In this document: positions 24,229-35,503 of the stretch, in pieces | Position numbering within the stretch: position 1 is the stretch's first letter | Layout of the letters: each line of letters opens with the position of its first letter | Assembly: GCA_964270895.1 (NCBI GenBank) | Contig: OZ185440.1 | From: Podarcis filfolensis | Lineage: Eukaryota | Length of the DNA: 64,000 nucleotides | Strand: one strand, 5' to 3' | Notes under the pieces: generated by a model | What the model was told of the DNA's origin: nothing | Databases searched by the model: none | Seen by the model: only the letters and a program-made list of their open reading frames with translations | Translations under genes and position numbers: made by a program

Positions 24229-24788
24229 GGGGGGGATGAAAGTGTAACTTTTCTAAAAGTCACCACATGCACAACATTTCAGTACAGCTGGATAAAAGCG
24301 CTCCACAAGGCTCTTTGCTTTAATTTGTCGATCAAACAAATTCCAGTATTTAAAACAGATTTTTTTTTTTACACCAGATGAAAGGTCAGCTGTAGAATAC
24401 AGCCAATGTTAATTGCTTGAAATGGTGCATAGAACAGGTCCTTTAATTGGAAGCCCTTTCGGAAACTTGTTAGGTTTTCAAATGTTTGATTACCTGCCAG
24501 CACTGGCACCCTTGGAGTCGCAGGGCCCGTGGAGCTCCATGGACATTAAAAACACTTTTCATCTCATGGAATCTGCATGTTTTTGAACTGAAAATGTTTC
24601 CGGCATGGCTTTTATACTGATAAGAGACATTTGGTAGGCAACCTTGTTTTGTTCAAGCCTGCCAGTTGAAGAACAGCTGCCACTGCAGCAGCAGGGAGGG
24701 CCACAGCCTTTTGCATAATGCTAGCCTTGCAGTAAAAAGACAACTTCTAGTCATCATGATTAAAAAGTTAGGCAATCATGAGGCAACA

Positions 24789-24873
24789 GCATGTTCTAAA
24801 CAGTTTACTGCATGCAAATAGTTACTTATCTGATAAATAACTATTTACGTACAGCAAACTGTTTAGAACATGC
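24789..24873. repeat. 85-bp near-perfect palindrome (42-bp arms, 1-nt centre)
   Basis: Arms 24789-24830 and 24832-24873 are reverse complements at 37/42 positions; all five mismatches are transitions. Confidence 0.95.
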
Positions 24874-24955
24874 AAGGCTAGCAGCCTGGGCCACCATTAC
24901 TTGAACTCAGCTACATTAGTAAAGAAACAGTGATTTGAATGTCCTATAAAAATGC

Positions 24956-24973
24956 AGCACCAGATGGCGCCAG
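24956..24973 (+). promoter_or_regulatory. Candidate CTCF binding site
   Basis: AGCACCAGATGGCGCCAG fits the CTCF core CCASYAGRKGGCRS at 13/14 positions and retains its CpG. Motif match only. Confidence 0.5.
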
Positions 24974-25031
24974 AGAGCATAAAATTTTCAAACACCATTT
25001 TCCATGGAGATTTCCCCCCCCCTTTTGTTAT

Positions 25032-25099
25032 GTTGTTGTTTAGTCGTTTAGTCGTGTCCGTCTCTTCGTGACCCCATGGACCAGAGCACGCCAGGCACT
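25032..25099 (-). mobile_element. BovB (RTE) extreme 3' end
   Basis: Reverse complement reads GTGCCTGGCGTGCTCTGGTCCATGGGGTCACGAAGAGACGGACACGACTAAACGACTAAACAAC; 11-bp TSD CCTTTTGTTAT at 25021-25031 and 25100-25110. Confidence 0.92.
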
Positions 25100-26609
25100 C
25101 CTTTTGTTATAACAAGCAAATATCTGACTTATTTATAACGTTTTTTCCTGTGTTTATATCCACTCCAGGTCCCAGTATCATTTGCAACCTATTTGCAAAG
25201 CCATTCTAAAATATGAACCTGCAATGTCTTGAGCTGTGATCCTCATATATAATCTTCCTTGCATGTTTAGCCCATAGATTGCCAATTTGGCCACTGTGCA
25301 CCCGCAGTGGCCTTTCCTGGTACCCTGCTGAAACGAGGCTTGAGAGAACCATTTCATCGTGGCTAATAGGACAGGCTGTGGTGTGTGCTTGGCTGGGGTG
25401 TGAGTGTGCATTCCCACAACAGTTTCTCCAATTTGCAAACTACTCCACGGCCCCAGAAAGGCTGCTGATTCCTGATGTCGCCTATCTTGCAGGGCTGCCA
25501 ACTTCTAAAACGCTCTTTATAGCTGTCTGTTTTGCGATCTGTTGCATTTAGCAGGAGATATTGTTTAGCTCCATGCCACAAAAGCTCCATGCTTGATTTC
25601 TGAATATCAGAGGCAAAAGAACTCCCCCGCCTGGCTGGCAGCCTTCGTCTCCTGACATTTATTGCATGACTCTATTGTGGGAAAGTGTCCATATGTGGGC
25701 ATGAGCTGCCATTCTTGTGTGCCATGGACTGCATTCACAATGTGATTCTGAAATTCCACTGTGGCCTATAAAACAGGAGAAGACAGGCTGTGTTTGCCAG
25801 ATGGACTGCAAATTGCCAATTCCTGGGACAAGGAGATAAAAAAGCCCAGATTATAGTCCTTTCAGTCATGAATTTCTAAACTTGTTGCCTAATTTTGAAG
25901 GAGTGAATTAAAAGTTTCTTCACATATTTGAAGCTAGTGTTCATCAAGAGCTTTCCTGGAAAAGCTCAATATCTACCCGTATCTGCCTGTTTTGGGTTTG
26001 AAGCCATATTATATAGTATATTCATGTAATCTTAATTATATGTAACCGAAGTATGTCCATTGACCACTAGCTGTTTTTGTAGAGAAGGTGATTACCTCTG
26101 AATATACACAACAGAACACAAGCTTATACATTGTCCTTACTAATATGCGTCCATCATGTGAACCCTGAAATTATGAGCCTAATATCTATTGGTGGTCTTT
26201 TCTGCTGTGAGCACAATATTTGTTTAGCAGGGAAATAAGAATATTGGGCATAAGAGGAATTATTTGCAAACAGCTGCACTATTATCATAGTTGGGGACCA
26301 AATGGAAAAGTATGTTTCCAATTTCTATTTGATTAACTATATTGGGCATAGCTTTTATAATTTGGCCTCAATACAAGCTTATGGGTCTGGCTGTAAACAA
26401 ACAAGCAAACACATTCATGTAAACCACCAAAAGACTGCCTTCCTTAAATAGACCACATGCCCATATCCTCAAAAGCCAAGTGGAAGAGGGGGAAAGTGCT
26501 TGGAGTTGTTGTTTTTAGATCTCAGTGTGAGATCCAAACACTGTTCTCATGTGTTCTGCTTCCTAACAGTCAGGATCTGGTAATAGGCCCTATAAGGCAA
26601 TTTGATTAA

Positions 26610-26695
26610 GGCTGCAGTCCTACAATCACCTAGGAGTAAGCCTAATTGAACTCAATGGGATTTACTTCTGAGTAGGCATATGTAGGATTGTACTG
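26610..26695. mobile_element. Short palindromic MITE (Harbinger-like)
   Basis: GGCTGCAGTCCT ... AGGATTGTACTG with TAA at the left flank. Confidence 0.7.
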
Positions 26696-27726
26696 CAAGC
26701 CATCTTTATATTGTAGCAAACCCCCGGCACATGTGCACATATTTTACATCATTTTGACAACATTGTTCATCTTTACATCATACCTAAAAGTGCAATCCAA
26801 ACAAGGTCACGTATTTCTGAATCTCAGTTATTTCCATGGAAGAGATGTAATACGAACTTTCCCCAATGAAACCAGTAGGATGCAAAGCAGCTTAGCTTGG
26901 CTTGGCTTGTGACTATGTGGCACAGTCAGCATGTATTTGATCTGCTGGGGGAATGAAAATTCATCCATGTCATAATAACTAGAAGCTAGTAACTACACAG
27001 AAACTGGGGCAGGGAATGGCAAACGTGTCAGGTTCCTCCTGTGAGGTCAGTTGTCTTTGAAAAACTGTTGGCTGACCTAATCTCACTGAAAAGGTTATTT
27101 TTCACTTATTAAAATTGATGGTTTGAAAGTTGACATTGCCTGGGGACAAATGGCCTCCCTGGAAAGCTTGTCTTGATGTGGATGAAAACCAGCAATGAGA
27201 TCCTGAACTTCTGATATGAATGCTATTTCCATCTGGGTCATTAGTAAATATTTCGACAATAGAAAACTGCCAAACGTGATTGAAACACCCCAGTTTGGCA
27301 CCAGTTATATTTCCTGCATTCTATTGTATTCCTAAACACACTGCTAGGAGCTCATGTACAATCTAAGACTTAATGGAATAGAGAAATAGCTGAGCGCACA
27401 ACACATGCTGTTAGAGTTTATATTGTTCCTCTGTGCTCACAGGGCATGAGGTGCATATTTCTTAAATCTGGGGGCAGCCTGCCTTGCCAAACGGATAGCT
27501 AAATAAACGTAACATGAAAGGGGAGGTAATTGTTTCATTGCACCTGTCCTGTACAGAGATTTGGAGAGGAGAGATAAGTGTTTATTCTTGCATTTATGTC
27601 AACCCAACTGCAAACTTTTTCAGGGTTGGAAAATTAATCTGCAAGCTCATTCTAGGGTTATCTTGATGGGACACCTTGACAGTGTGAGTTTTCTCTTAAG
27701 TAGGTGGAGCTGAATGTAGAGGCTTA

Positions 27727-27811
27727 CAGTACAATCCTATGGCTGTTCCTTCAGAAGCAAGACCCATTGGGTTCCCACTGGGCTTACTCCCAGGTAAGTG
27801 TGATTACAGGG
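27727..27811. mobile_element. Short palindromic MITE (Harbinger-like)
   Basis: CAGTACAATCCTAT...GGGCTTACTCCCAGGTAAGTGTGATTACAG, flanked by TTA and TAA. Confidence 0.6.
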
Positions 27812-27976
27812 TTAATTGCCATCTTCTTCAAGTTGCAAATGGGTTTCAGTGGGTTGCAACAAGGCAGATCAAGAAGCATCCTGTTAGTGAGGTGCCTTAG
27901 AAACGGTGTCAGTGCTGTGACCCATGCAGATGGTGTGAATTATTTAAGCATATGCACACTCATAACACACACACAC

Positions 27977-28503
27977 AAAATAAAAAATTCCTTCCAGTAG
28001 CACACTTCTGTTATCTGAAGAAGTGTGCATGCACGCGAAAGCTCATATCAATAACAAATTTAGTTGGTTTCTAAGGTGCTACTATGGGACGCAGGTGGTG
28101 CTGTGGGTTAAACCACAGAGCCTAGGACTTGCCGATCAGAAGGTTGGCGGTTCGAATCCCTGTGACGGGGTGAGCTCCCATTGCTCGGTCCCTGCTCCTG
28201 TTAACCTAGCAGTTCGAAAGCACATCAAAATGCAAGTAGATAAATAGGTACCGCTCCAGCGGGAAGGTAAACGGCGTTTCCGTGCGCTGCTCTGGTTCAC
28301 CAGAAGCGGCTTAGTCATGCTGGCCACATGACCTGGAAGCTGTACGCCAGCTCCCTCGGCCAATAAAGCGAGATGAGCGCCACAACCCCAGAATCGGTCA
28401 CGACTGGACCTAATGGTCAGGGGTCCCTTTACCTTTAAGGTGCTACTGGAACGAAATTTTTTATTTTGTTTCGACTATGGCAGACCAACACGGCTACCTA
28501 CCT

Positions 28504-28504
<1 letters not shown>
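27977..28504 (+). mobile_element. Penelope-like element terminal repeat with a short inverted 5' piece, interrupted by a Sauria SINE
   Basis: CTGAAGAAGTGTGCATGCACGCGAAAGCTCAT...TAAGGTGCTACT[SINE]GGAACG...GACTATGGCAGACCAACACGGCTACC. Bases 27977-28003 are the reverse complement of 28440-28468. Inserted in a (CA)n tract; same family as 39802 and 57912. Confidence 0.8.
28084..28435 (+). mobile_element. Full-length Sauria SINE nested in the Penelope-like end
   Basis: 12-bp TSD TAAGGTGCTACT at 28072-28083 and 28436-28447. Confidence 0.97.

Positions 28505-28506
<2 letters not shown>

Positions 28507-28546
<40 letters not shown>
28507..28546. repeat. (CA)n microsatellite
   Basis: Direct reading. 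Confidence 0.97.
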
Positions 28547-28549
<3 letters not shown>

Positions 28550-28693
28550 GCTTTTTTCTTAAAAAAAAAAGTTTAAGGGTACTCTCATTGTCCTACTCAT
28601 ATTGAAATAGTACCCCTCAATGAGGCCAAATTTAGATTCACAAAATGTTTAGGGGTATGCGTATCCCTGCGTCCCCCCAGAAAAAAAGCATTA
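28546..28693. mobile_element. hAT-like MITE, same family as 2653
   Basis: CAGTGCTTTTTT ... AAAAAAAGCATTA; internal ATTCACAAAATGTTTAGGGGTA is the reverse complement of sequence in the 2653 copy. Confidence 0.75.
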
Positions 28694-29604
28694 ATTATAT
28701 ATATGCATATCAAATCAATGTGAATTTAGCCAGCAGATTAATGGCCTATCTAATTATTAACTGATTGGCATTTCTTTTACTAGGCTGCATTCCTAATTTT
28801 TAGGCAGACATCCAGGGGAGCATCAGTCTGTTACAGATCAGTTGACCAGAGCAAGGGCTTGATCAAAGCTTCCTAGGATCCTCGAGAATCTCTTTTCCTG
28901 CTCCCTCCCTCCAGATGTGGAGGGCACCTTTGGCAATCTCTGGGTGGCTCCATTCCTGTGCCCCACCCTGCCAACTGCTGAGTGATAACCTGCAGAGGGG
29001 GAGCTGCCACGATGGGGATGGGCAGGTCTTTTTCTTTCCTGCTTTTCATAACTTATTGCTTTTTCTCTCCTGGCCTCAGCACGATTCGTTGTTTCTTTCT
29101 TCTTCTTTTTTTTATCAAGTTGGCTGCTGACTCCTTCCAGTCTACTGGGTCTTCGTGTTCCCTGCCAAAACCAATATTCCTGCAGCTGCCAGAGGCAGCT
29201 TTGACTGGCGCTTCATTAAAGGCAGTGGGGACCATGGCTCCGAAATAAAATAAACCCAGCCATTTCAGATCTTTCTGACAATGTTATTTGACTTCATGAT
29301 GTTACTCCACAGAGCTCCCTTGCCACCCCGGACCACTTGAAGCCGGCCACGGGAAATGGGTGGGTCCGCAGGTTTTTATGCACTGCTGATACAGTGTGAT
29401 ATAAAGGAGAGTGAGAGGAAATCAGGTTAGGGGCTACAGCCAACCATTGCTGGCATCGTCAGATTTCGGAATTTGACCAGACTCCCTTCAGATCAAGAGG
29501 ACATGATGAGAGTACAAACCACCACACTGACTGCTACCACTGTCCCCAGTAAAATGTTCTTAATTAGATGTTTTCAGAACTATTTCTTGATCTGTGGACA
29601 CCAC

Positions 29605-29812
29605 CATTTATTACATTTATATGCCACCTTTCTCTTCCAAGGACCTCAAGGTGGTGTACATGGTTCTCCTCTCCATTTTATCCTCACAACAACCCTGTGA
29701 GGTAGGGTAGGGTAAGAGATGGTGACTGACCCAGTGAGCTTCATGGCTGAGTAAGGAGCCAAGCCCTGCTCTCCCAAGTTCTAGTCCAACACTCTAACCA
29801 TTATGCCACACA
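29605..29812 (-). mobile_element. CORE/MIR-like SINE with L2-type tail
   Basis: CCTCACAACAACCCTGTGAGGTAGG core, TTTATATGCCACCTTTC...CTCAAGGTGGTGTACA tail, degenerate tRNA-like head near 29800. Confidence 0.75.
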
Positions 29813-30028
29813 TTGAAGACATAAAGCATTGGATTGGCTCTGTTGCTGTGCCAGCACCATGCAGAGCACCTTGCTGCCTTGCCCCTCTCTGCCCCACTCT
29901 TGGTACTGGCAGGAACACACAATTTTGGGGAAATGGCAGATTGCTGCAGCTCTGACCCCACCACGTCCCCCTCTGTCACAATCACAGCTATGGCCAGAGG
30001 ATGGTTTTGCAGGACACCTTCCTCCATA

Positions 30029-30514
30029 CAGTGGTACCTCGGGTTACAGACACTTCAGGTTACAGACGCTTCAGGTTACCGACTCCGCTAACCCGGAAAT
30101 AGTACCTCGGGTTAAGAACTTTACCTCAGGATGAGAACAGAAATTGTGTGGTGGTGGCACAGCGGCAGCAGGAGGGCCCATTAGCTAAAGTGGTACCTCA
30201 GGTTAAGAACAGTTTCAGGTTAAGAACGGAGCTCCAGACAGATGGAACCCGTATTGTCAATGGATAAAAACTACTGGAACAAAAGACATTTGGTGGAAAC
30301 TAAAGACGCTATGCCCGTGGCTGAGGATAATTGTTTGAACCCTTCCAATGGATATGGGGGGGGGGGAGGGAAAGGAAAAAATTGTACGGGAAATTTAAAA
30401 ATTGGAAGGAGATAATAGAATGTATGTAAAATTCCCAAACTCAAGTAAATATTTTTTTAAAAAAAAAGAACGGACCTCCAGAACGAATTAAGTTCTTTAC
30501 CTGAGGTACCACTG
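30029..30514. mobile_element. Tc1/mariner-type MITE interrupted by an L1-type insertion
   Basis: TIR CAGTGGTACCTC / GAGGTACCACTG with TA TSD; collinear with the uninterrupted copy at 53078. Confidence 0.93.
30239..30467 (+). mobile_element. 5'-truncated L1/Tx1-type retroposon 3' end
   Basis: Starts with the coding remnant RWNPYCQWIK, ends in an A-run, and is flanked by a 15-bp TSD GAACGGA(G/C)CTCCAGA at 30224-30238 and 30468-30482. Confidence 0.8.
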
Positions 30515-30586
30515 TACTTCCATGTGCCGGGAATTGAACTGGCTACCTACCCTCAAAGGTCATAGTAACATTTGCCACACAATATT

Positions 30587-30730
30587 CTGGGATAGCTCAG
30601 TTGTCAGAGCCTGAGACTCGATCTCAGGGTTGTGGGTTCAATGTCTATGTTGGGCAAAAGATACCTGAATTGCAGGGGGTTGGACTAGATGACCCTCGTG
30701 ATCCCTTCCAGCCCTACAATTCTATGATTC
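30587..30730 (+). mobile_element. tRNA-derived SINE with CR1-type tail
   Basis: A box TAGCTCAGTTG, B box GGGTTCAATGTC, tail GGACTAGATGACC...CCCTTCCAGCCCTACAATTCTATGATTC. Confidence 0.8.
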
Positions 30731-33578
30731 ACAAAAAAAAGCTAAAAAGCTTTAGTGGTAATGTATAACAGGTTTCCTTTCAAGGCCGTGGTTGGAACAG
30801 ACAAGCAGACACGACTGTCACAGATGATAAAACAGGGAGAGGTGATCACTGAGGCAACTCATAGCACTGAAACTACTTTGGAATATCACTGCAACTGATA
30901 ATATGTAAGAGGAGATACAAAGAAGTAAGAGGAGATACAAAGAAGGAGATACAGTGATTCTCATCCACTGCCACCCTGTCTAGGGCTCATATGATCAATG
31001 TGTGACAGCAAACACGTGCCTAAACACTACTCCAAAGGATGGTGATGAAGAGGAACCCTAATACTGTGCTTTCTCATAGTAGATTGACTACTGTGCATCA
31101 TTGTAATCCTTGCTGAAATCAGGCAAAACACACCTCTGTAATCTCTTTCTTCAGGTAAGCTTGTCTTTAACACCATCAAATGCTGGGACCAGGCCAAGTG
31201 GCCTAGGGGAAAGACCTCAAAATATGCCTTTCCAATCCCTGTTTTTGTCGAATTTGATGGATGTTATCACTGATTGTTTTACATTTGTAATGGTTTATAT
31301 TTCTACAGTTGTAGGGAATGAGAGAGTCAGACAGGAATTATTTAATCACATTAGATGCTAAGACTTTAAATTGTCATGTTTCCATAATTGTTACAAATGG
31401 CTGAAGCAAAGAATGTTAAATTGACATGTGAAAATACACTAAAGAAATATACCAATTTTTGAAAGAACCCCCCCCCCCCAAATTTGTTGTTGCTGTTAAT
31501 TTCTGGGTAGTACTGTAAATTCTTTGGTATTACAATGTCTTCCTTTATAATAGTTATAGGCAGGAGATACACAGAATAGGAAGGAAATGGGATAAACCAA
31601 AAGAGGCTTTTTCTCCAAAGCCCATGTTATCACACCAGCCCAAATGATTCCCCCAATTCCATTGAGTTGAAGGGAGTCTATGAAGGGAGTCACAGGACAG
31701 TGTGGTCTAATTTTCTGCTGCCGCCACTCACAAGCACATCCATCTGGTATGTGGAGAGGGTCTATTCACATACTGATGCACATGCATAGACCTCCTCCTT
31801 GCAAGGTGTGAGTGGACTTGGTCGGGCTTGGGGCTACCATCCCTCTTGCATACAAAATTTCTTAGTGCTCTTCAGTACTTGCATAGCACACCTGCACATG
31901 CCAGGCCTGCTAAACATATGAACATCAGGACATGGGGCTAGTCCATGTGACCTTGCAGGCTTATCATGCATTTTTGGTGCATTTTTTTGGGGGGGGGTGT
32001 CATCTGAACACACACACCTCAACTCAATTTTAAGTAAGCAAAGAAATGGGGGTGAATGTGTCTCTTAAGCAGCTCCCTGCATAGCAGGGTCAAAATTGCC
32101 TGAACCACATGGGCTTCAAACACCCAGTTTCCAATACCATATGGCTCCACACAAACTTGACTGCACACAGTTGTGTTTTCAGGTATGAATTGGGCATCAG
32201 GGGGCATTTGAAGCATAAGCCAGGGGTGTGGTTGTGCTCAGAGCGGATTCATGTGGAGCAAAACGTTTGCAAGAATCTAATATCTGAAAAGCATGCAGAC
32301 CAATGAGGTCACTAGGATTTTATTTAAACTAATATATTTAATGATAAATTTAGGTTATTGGAGATGTTTTGGTCCACAGTGTTTGACTCTGAATTTCTCC
32401 TAAGGCTTTTTGTTATTTGAGTCTTGGGTTTAGACCTGATTTATCGCAAACACCAGATAGGCAAGTGCCGGTTATGTCTCAGTGTGTTCATATCCAAGAA
32501 TTTGGCTTCAACTCACGATCTCTGTGTAACCTGTCCAGCCACCAAAGTACTTTTAACATCTTGTGGGGATCTCTGCCGAAGGACTGCAACCTTTTATGGT
32601 GCAGATGTTTGATTTATATTTCCATAGTTTGTAATATTTGCAGAGTGTTTTACAATCCCCTGGCCTGAAATGGAGCCATGCATAGCTTTAGGAGCTCACA
32701 TACTGGAAAGGTGAGGACCATAAAGGTGACTAGTAAGCAGTCAGTGATAGAAAGAGGGAGCCTAGAGCCTATAATGCAACCACCCATTTGGGCTTCTAGG
32801 TAATGAAAAATTCTATGGGAACATATGGACTCATTACCAGTGTAGTGTCATTTCCTATGGCAGAAAGAAACTATTGGTTGGGCCAAAATTCCATGGCTCT
32901 TAATTAAACTAACTCTCCCCTTGGGAGGGCCCTGAACTTTTCATCAAGGTCTAGACCACCACTGCCTTGAAATCTTACATGTGGATGTCACTCACGCCTG
33001 AGAACATCATCATCATCATCATAACTTTTAATTCATATACTGTCTTTCTATCTTACAATACTCAAGGCGGTTTACAAGCTGAAGAAACAAAGAACGTACA
33101 CCTTATAACAAAATACAAAAATGTGATAATAAAGCATAGCTTTAAAATAAGCAACCTACATCAAATAAAGTAACATTCAACCATCATTAGAATGGTATAG
33201 AATAATAATATCAGCATATAAAAATTAAACAGAAACCCACTCTTAACTATTACAATAAATAATTTCAAAACTACAATCAATAAAACAACGGCAAGCCATA
33301 GTGCATAAAATAATACAATACAAATTGAGAAGCAGAGACTGCAGGGTGGGGCAAGGCAGGTAGAAGAAGGCCTTGCCTGATCAAGTCTCTCCCCTCACAG
33401 TTCTTCCTCCAGGACCAGCTCCCTTATGAGGACTCCCAGGGCCAAGCGGTGGGGCAAGGCAGGGAGAAGGAGGACTTGCCTGATGAAGTCTCTCCAAGAG
33501 GCAGCATTATATTTTCACTTCAGCAGATAAAGCAACTTCTCTGGGATGTTCTGTATCTGCAACCTACAGGGTTTAGTT

Positions 33579-33714
33579 CATGCTTCCTCAACCTCGGCCC
33601 TCCAGATGTTCTGAGACTACAATTCCCATCATCCCTGACCACTGGTCCTGCTAGCTGGGGATCATGGGAGTTGTAGGCCAAAAACATCTGGAGGGCCGAG
33701 GTTGAGGAAGCCTG
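33579..33714. mobile_element. hAT MITE (136 bp)
   Basis: About 32-bp TIR CATGCTTCCTCAACCTCGGCCCTCCAGATGTT with matching right end; perfect 8-bp TSD GTTTAGTT at 33571-33578 and 33715-33722. Confidence 0.95.
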
Positions 33715-35308
33715 GTTTAGTTGCTCCAGGGAGGGGGTCCTCAGTTTGTGTTTCCAGTGACCTCTGTGATATTCACTTACAGACCGGACTCAGCTTTAGA
33801 ATATTTTACTTTTAAATAAATCAAATAAATTTCCTCTTGCCTTTCGTTACACATTTATTTAGAAAATAGTTCAACCTACCCTTCAGCAAAGAGTCACGGG
33901 GTTGTTGCGTTCTTACAATGTACCCAAAATAACAAGAAGAGGGTGAAACTGAACAAAAGAAGTGCCAAATTCTGGAAAATCTCAGTCTCAGATTACATCA
34001 GGAGCTGTGACAACTCAAGATACAGAGGACACACAGCTTCATTAGGTTTGAAAAGTGTGGTTGCAGGATATGAGCATGCTGATTTATGCCCTACTAAAGC
34101 ACAATTCAGTAGACCACACTAAGAGAGGCCCCAATAAGCTGTTCATAAGTTGTTTCAGTGGTACACAAACGTAATAAATTTTATTGTGAAAACATTGGGT
34201 TAAAAAAAAAATTAACTACTTCAGACTAGAGTGATTATCCTAATCACTGCCTCAACTGGCTATTTTATTTCTTTTCTAGTTTTCCAAGTTAAGTGTAAAT
34301 GAATTGTGGTGATTGTGGGGCCCCCAAAGTTGAAGAGCATTGTAGCCCCACTGCACTGTCCATTGCCGGAGACAACAGAATCCCTGGCTTCAGGCTTACA
34401 ATCTAAAAGGACACCACACAAAAGGAAAAGGGGATTGAGAGGGAAGAGAAAAGCAAGCAAATTCTTACAAAGTTCCATTATAAAATGCTTGGAAATGGGC
34501 TGCTCTGAGAAATGGCGTGGCAACCCAACCTTCTTGCAGAGTAGCTGTAGAGGCTGGAACAGAACTGGAAGTTCTTGAACTTACAGGGTAGACCCTCAGC
34601 CTTCTAAGCTGGAATTTGTCAGTTCCTTGTCACTTCCAGTTGACACCCTCAGCCCCAGAGCAGATGGTCCAACTGCTTTTCCTCACAGGTCAAGTGGAGC
34701 TGATGGCTTCTGTGAGATGAGAGGCCAACCAGGGGCATTGCTAGATATTTAAACCAGTGTGTAAAGGGTTAAAAAAATCAATTGACCCTAACTTCCAATG
34801 CCTCAGTGGTGGGGCTTATGCTATTTCTCCTGCCTCATCCAATTCCACATACACTTGTAAAAAGGAACAAGAATATTACCTAACAGAACAATTCAGTATT
34901 TGGGGGGGGGGTCATTCTGTTGGCAGAACTCAAGCAATGACACCAAATCCATATTCCCTGGCTCCCCCCATCCCCACACGTTGGTGTTTTTCTTCCTTTC
35001 CCCATCTTCCTTGTTAAAAACCTAACTCAGAGTTGGACCACTATTTTATTTCCTGCTTTATGGTCCTTTCAGCATAAATCTTCCCAAGCAAGCTACTTAA
35101 AAAGCAGTGGGGCATCCCACTGAATATTTCCTGTTCTTTGCTTTCCAAATATTCCAGTTTTAATTATAGACGGGAAAGTCTGGGTGATGCTATTCAATAT
35201 ACAGGTGCTACAACTAAATCAGAGAACAGAAAAGATATCAGAGGCATGTTTAAAATTCTCACTGGTCATATATAAGATGCATGGCAGTGAGGGCATTCCA
35301 GAGAGATA

Positions 35309-35503
35309 CCGTACTTTTCCATGTATAAGACGAGGTTTTTTTTACTCTAAAATAATGTTCAAAATCGGGGCTCGTCTCGGATAGTGCAGAGTGATTTTTG
35401 GCATCCCACCCAAAAAAGCTCAACAACTCTGGTCCATCTCCCCCCATTTTCTTAAATTGGAGTCCCACAAAATAGGGGGCATCCTATACACGGAAAAATA
35501 TGG
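35309..35503. mobile_element. Tigger/pogo-like MITE
   Basis: CCGTACTTTTCCATGTATAAGACG ... CATCCTATACACGGAAAAATATGG, TA on both sides. Confidence 0.82.

Noticed and set aside
29053-29248. Overlapping ORFs with KKRRRKK (NLS-like) or a hydrophobic N-terminus
   Set aside because: Both features derive from one TTC/T-rich low-complexity tract, and no family is recognised.
30587-30645. Possible tRNA gene (also heads at 48322, 53070 and the Sauria SINE heads)
   Set aside because: A and B boxes are present but no cloverleaf can be completed, and each continues into a SINE body.
30905-30953. 2 x 20-bp tandem repeat plus a partial unit, considered as a CRISPR-like array
   Set aside because: No spacers, only two units and a eukaryotic context; this is ordinary slippage duplication. 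The same applies to small duplications near 3245 and 3970.
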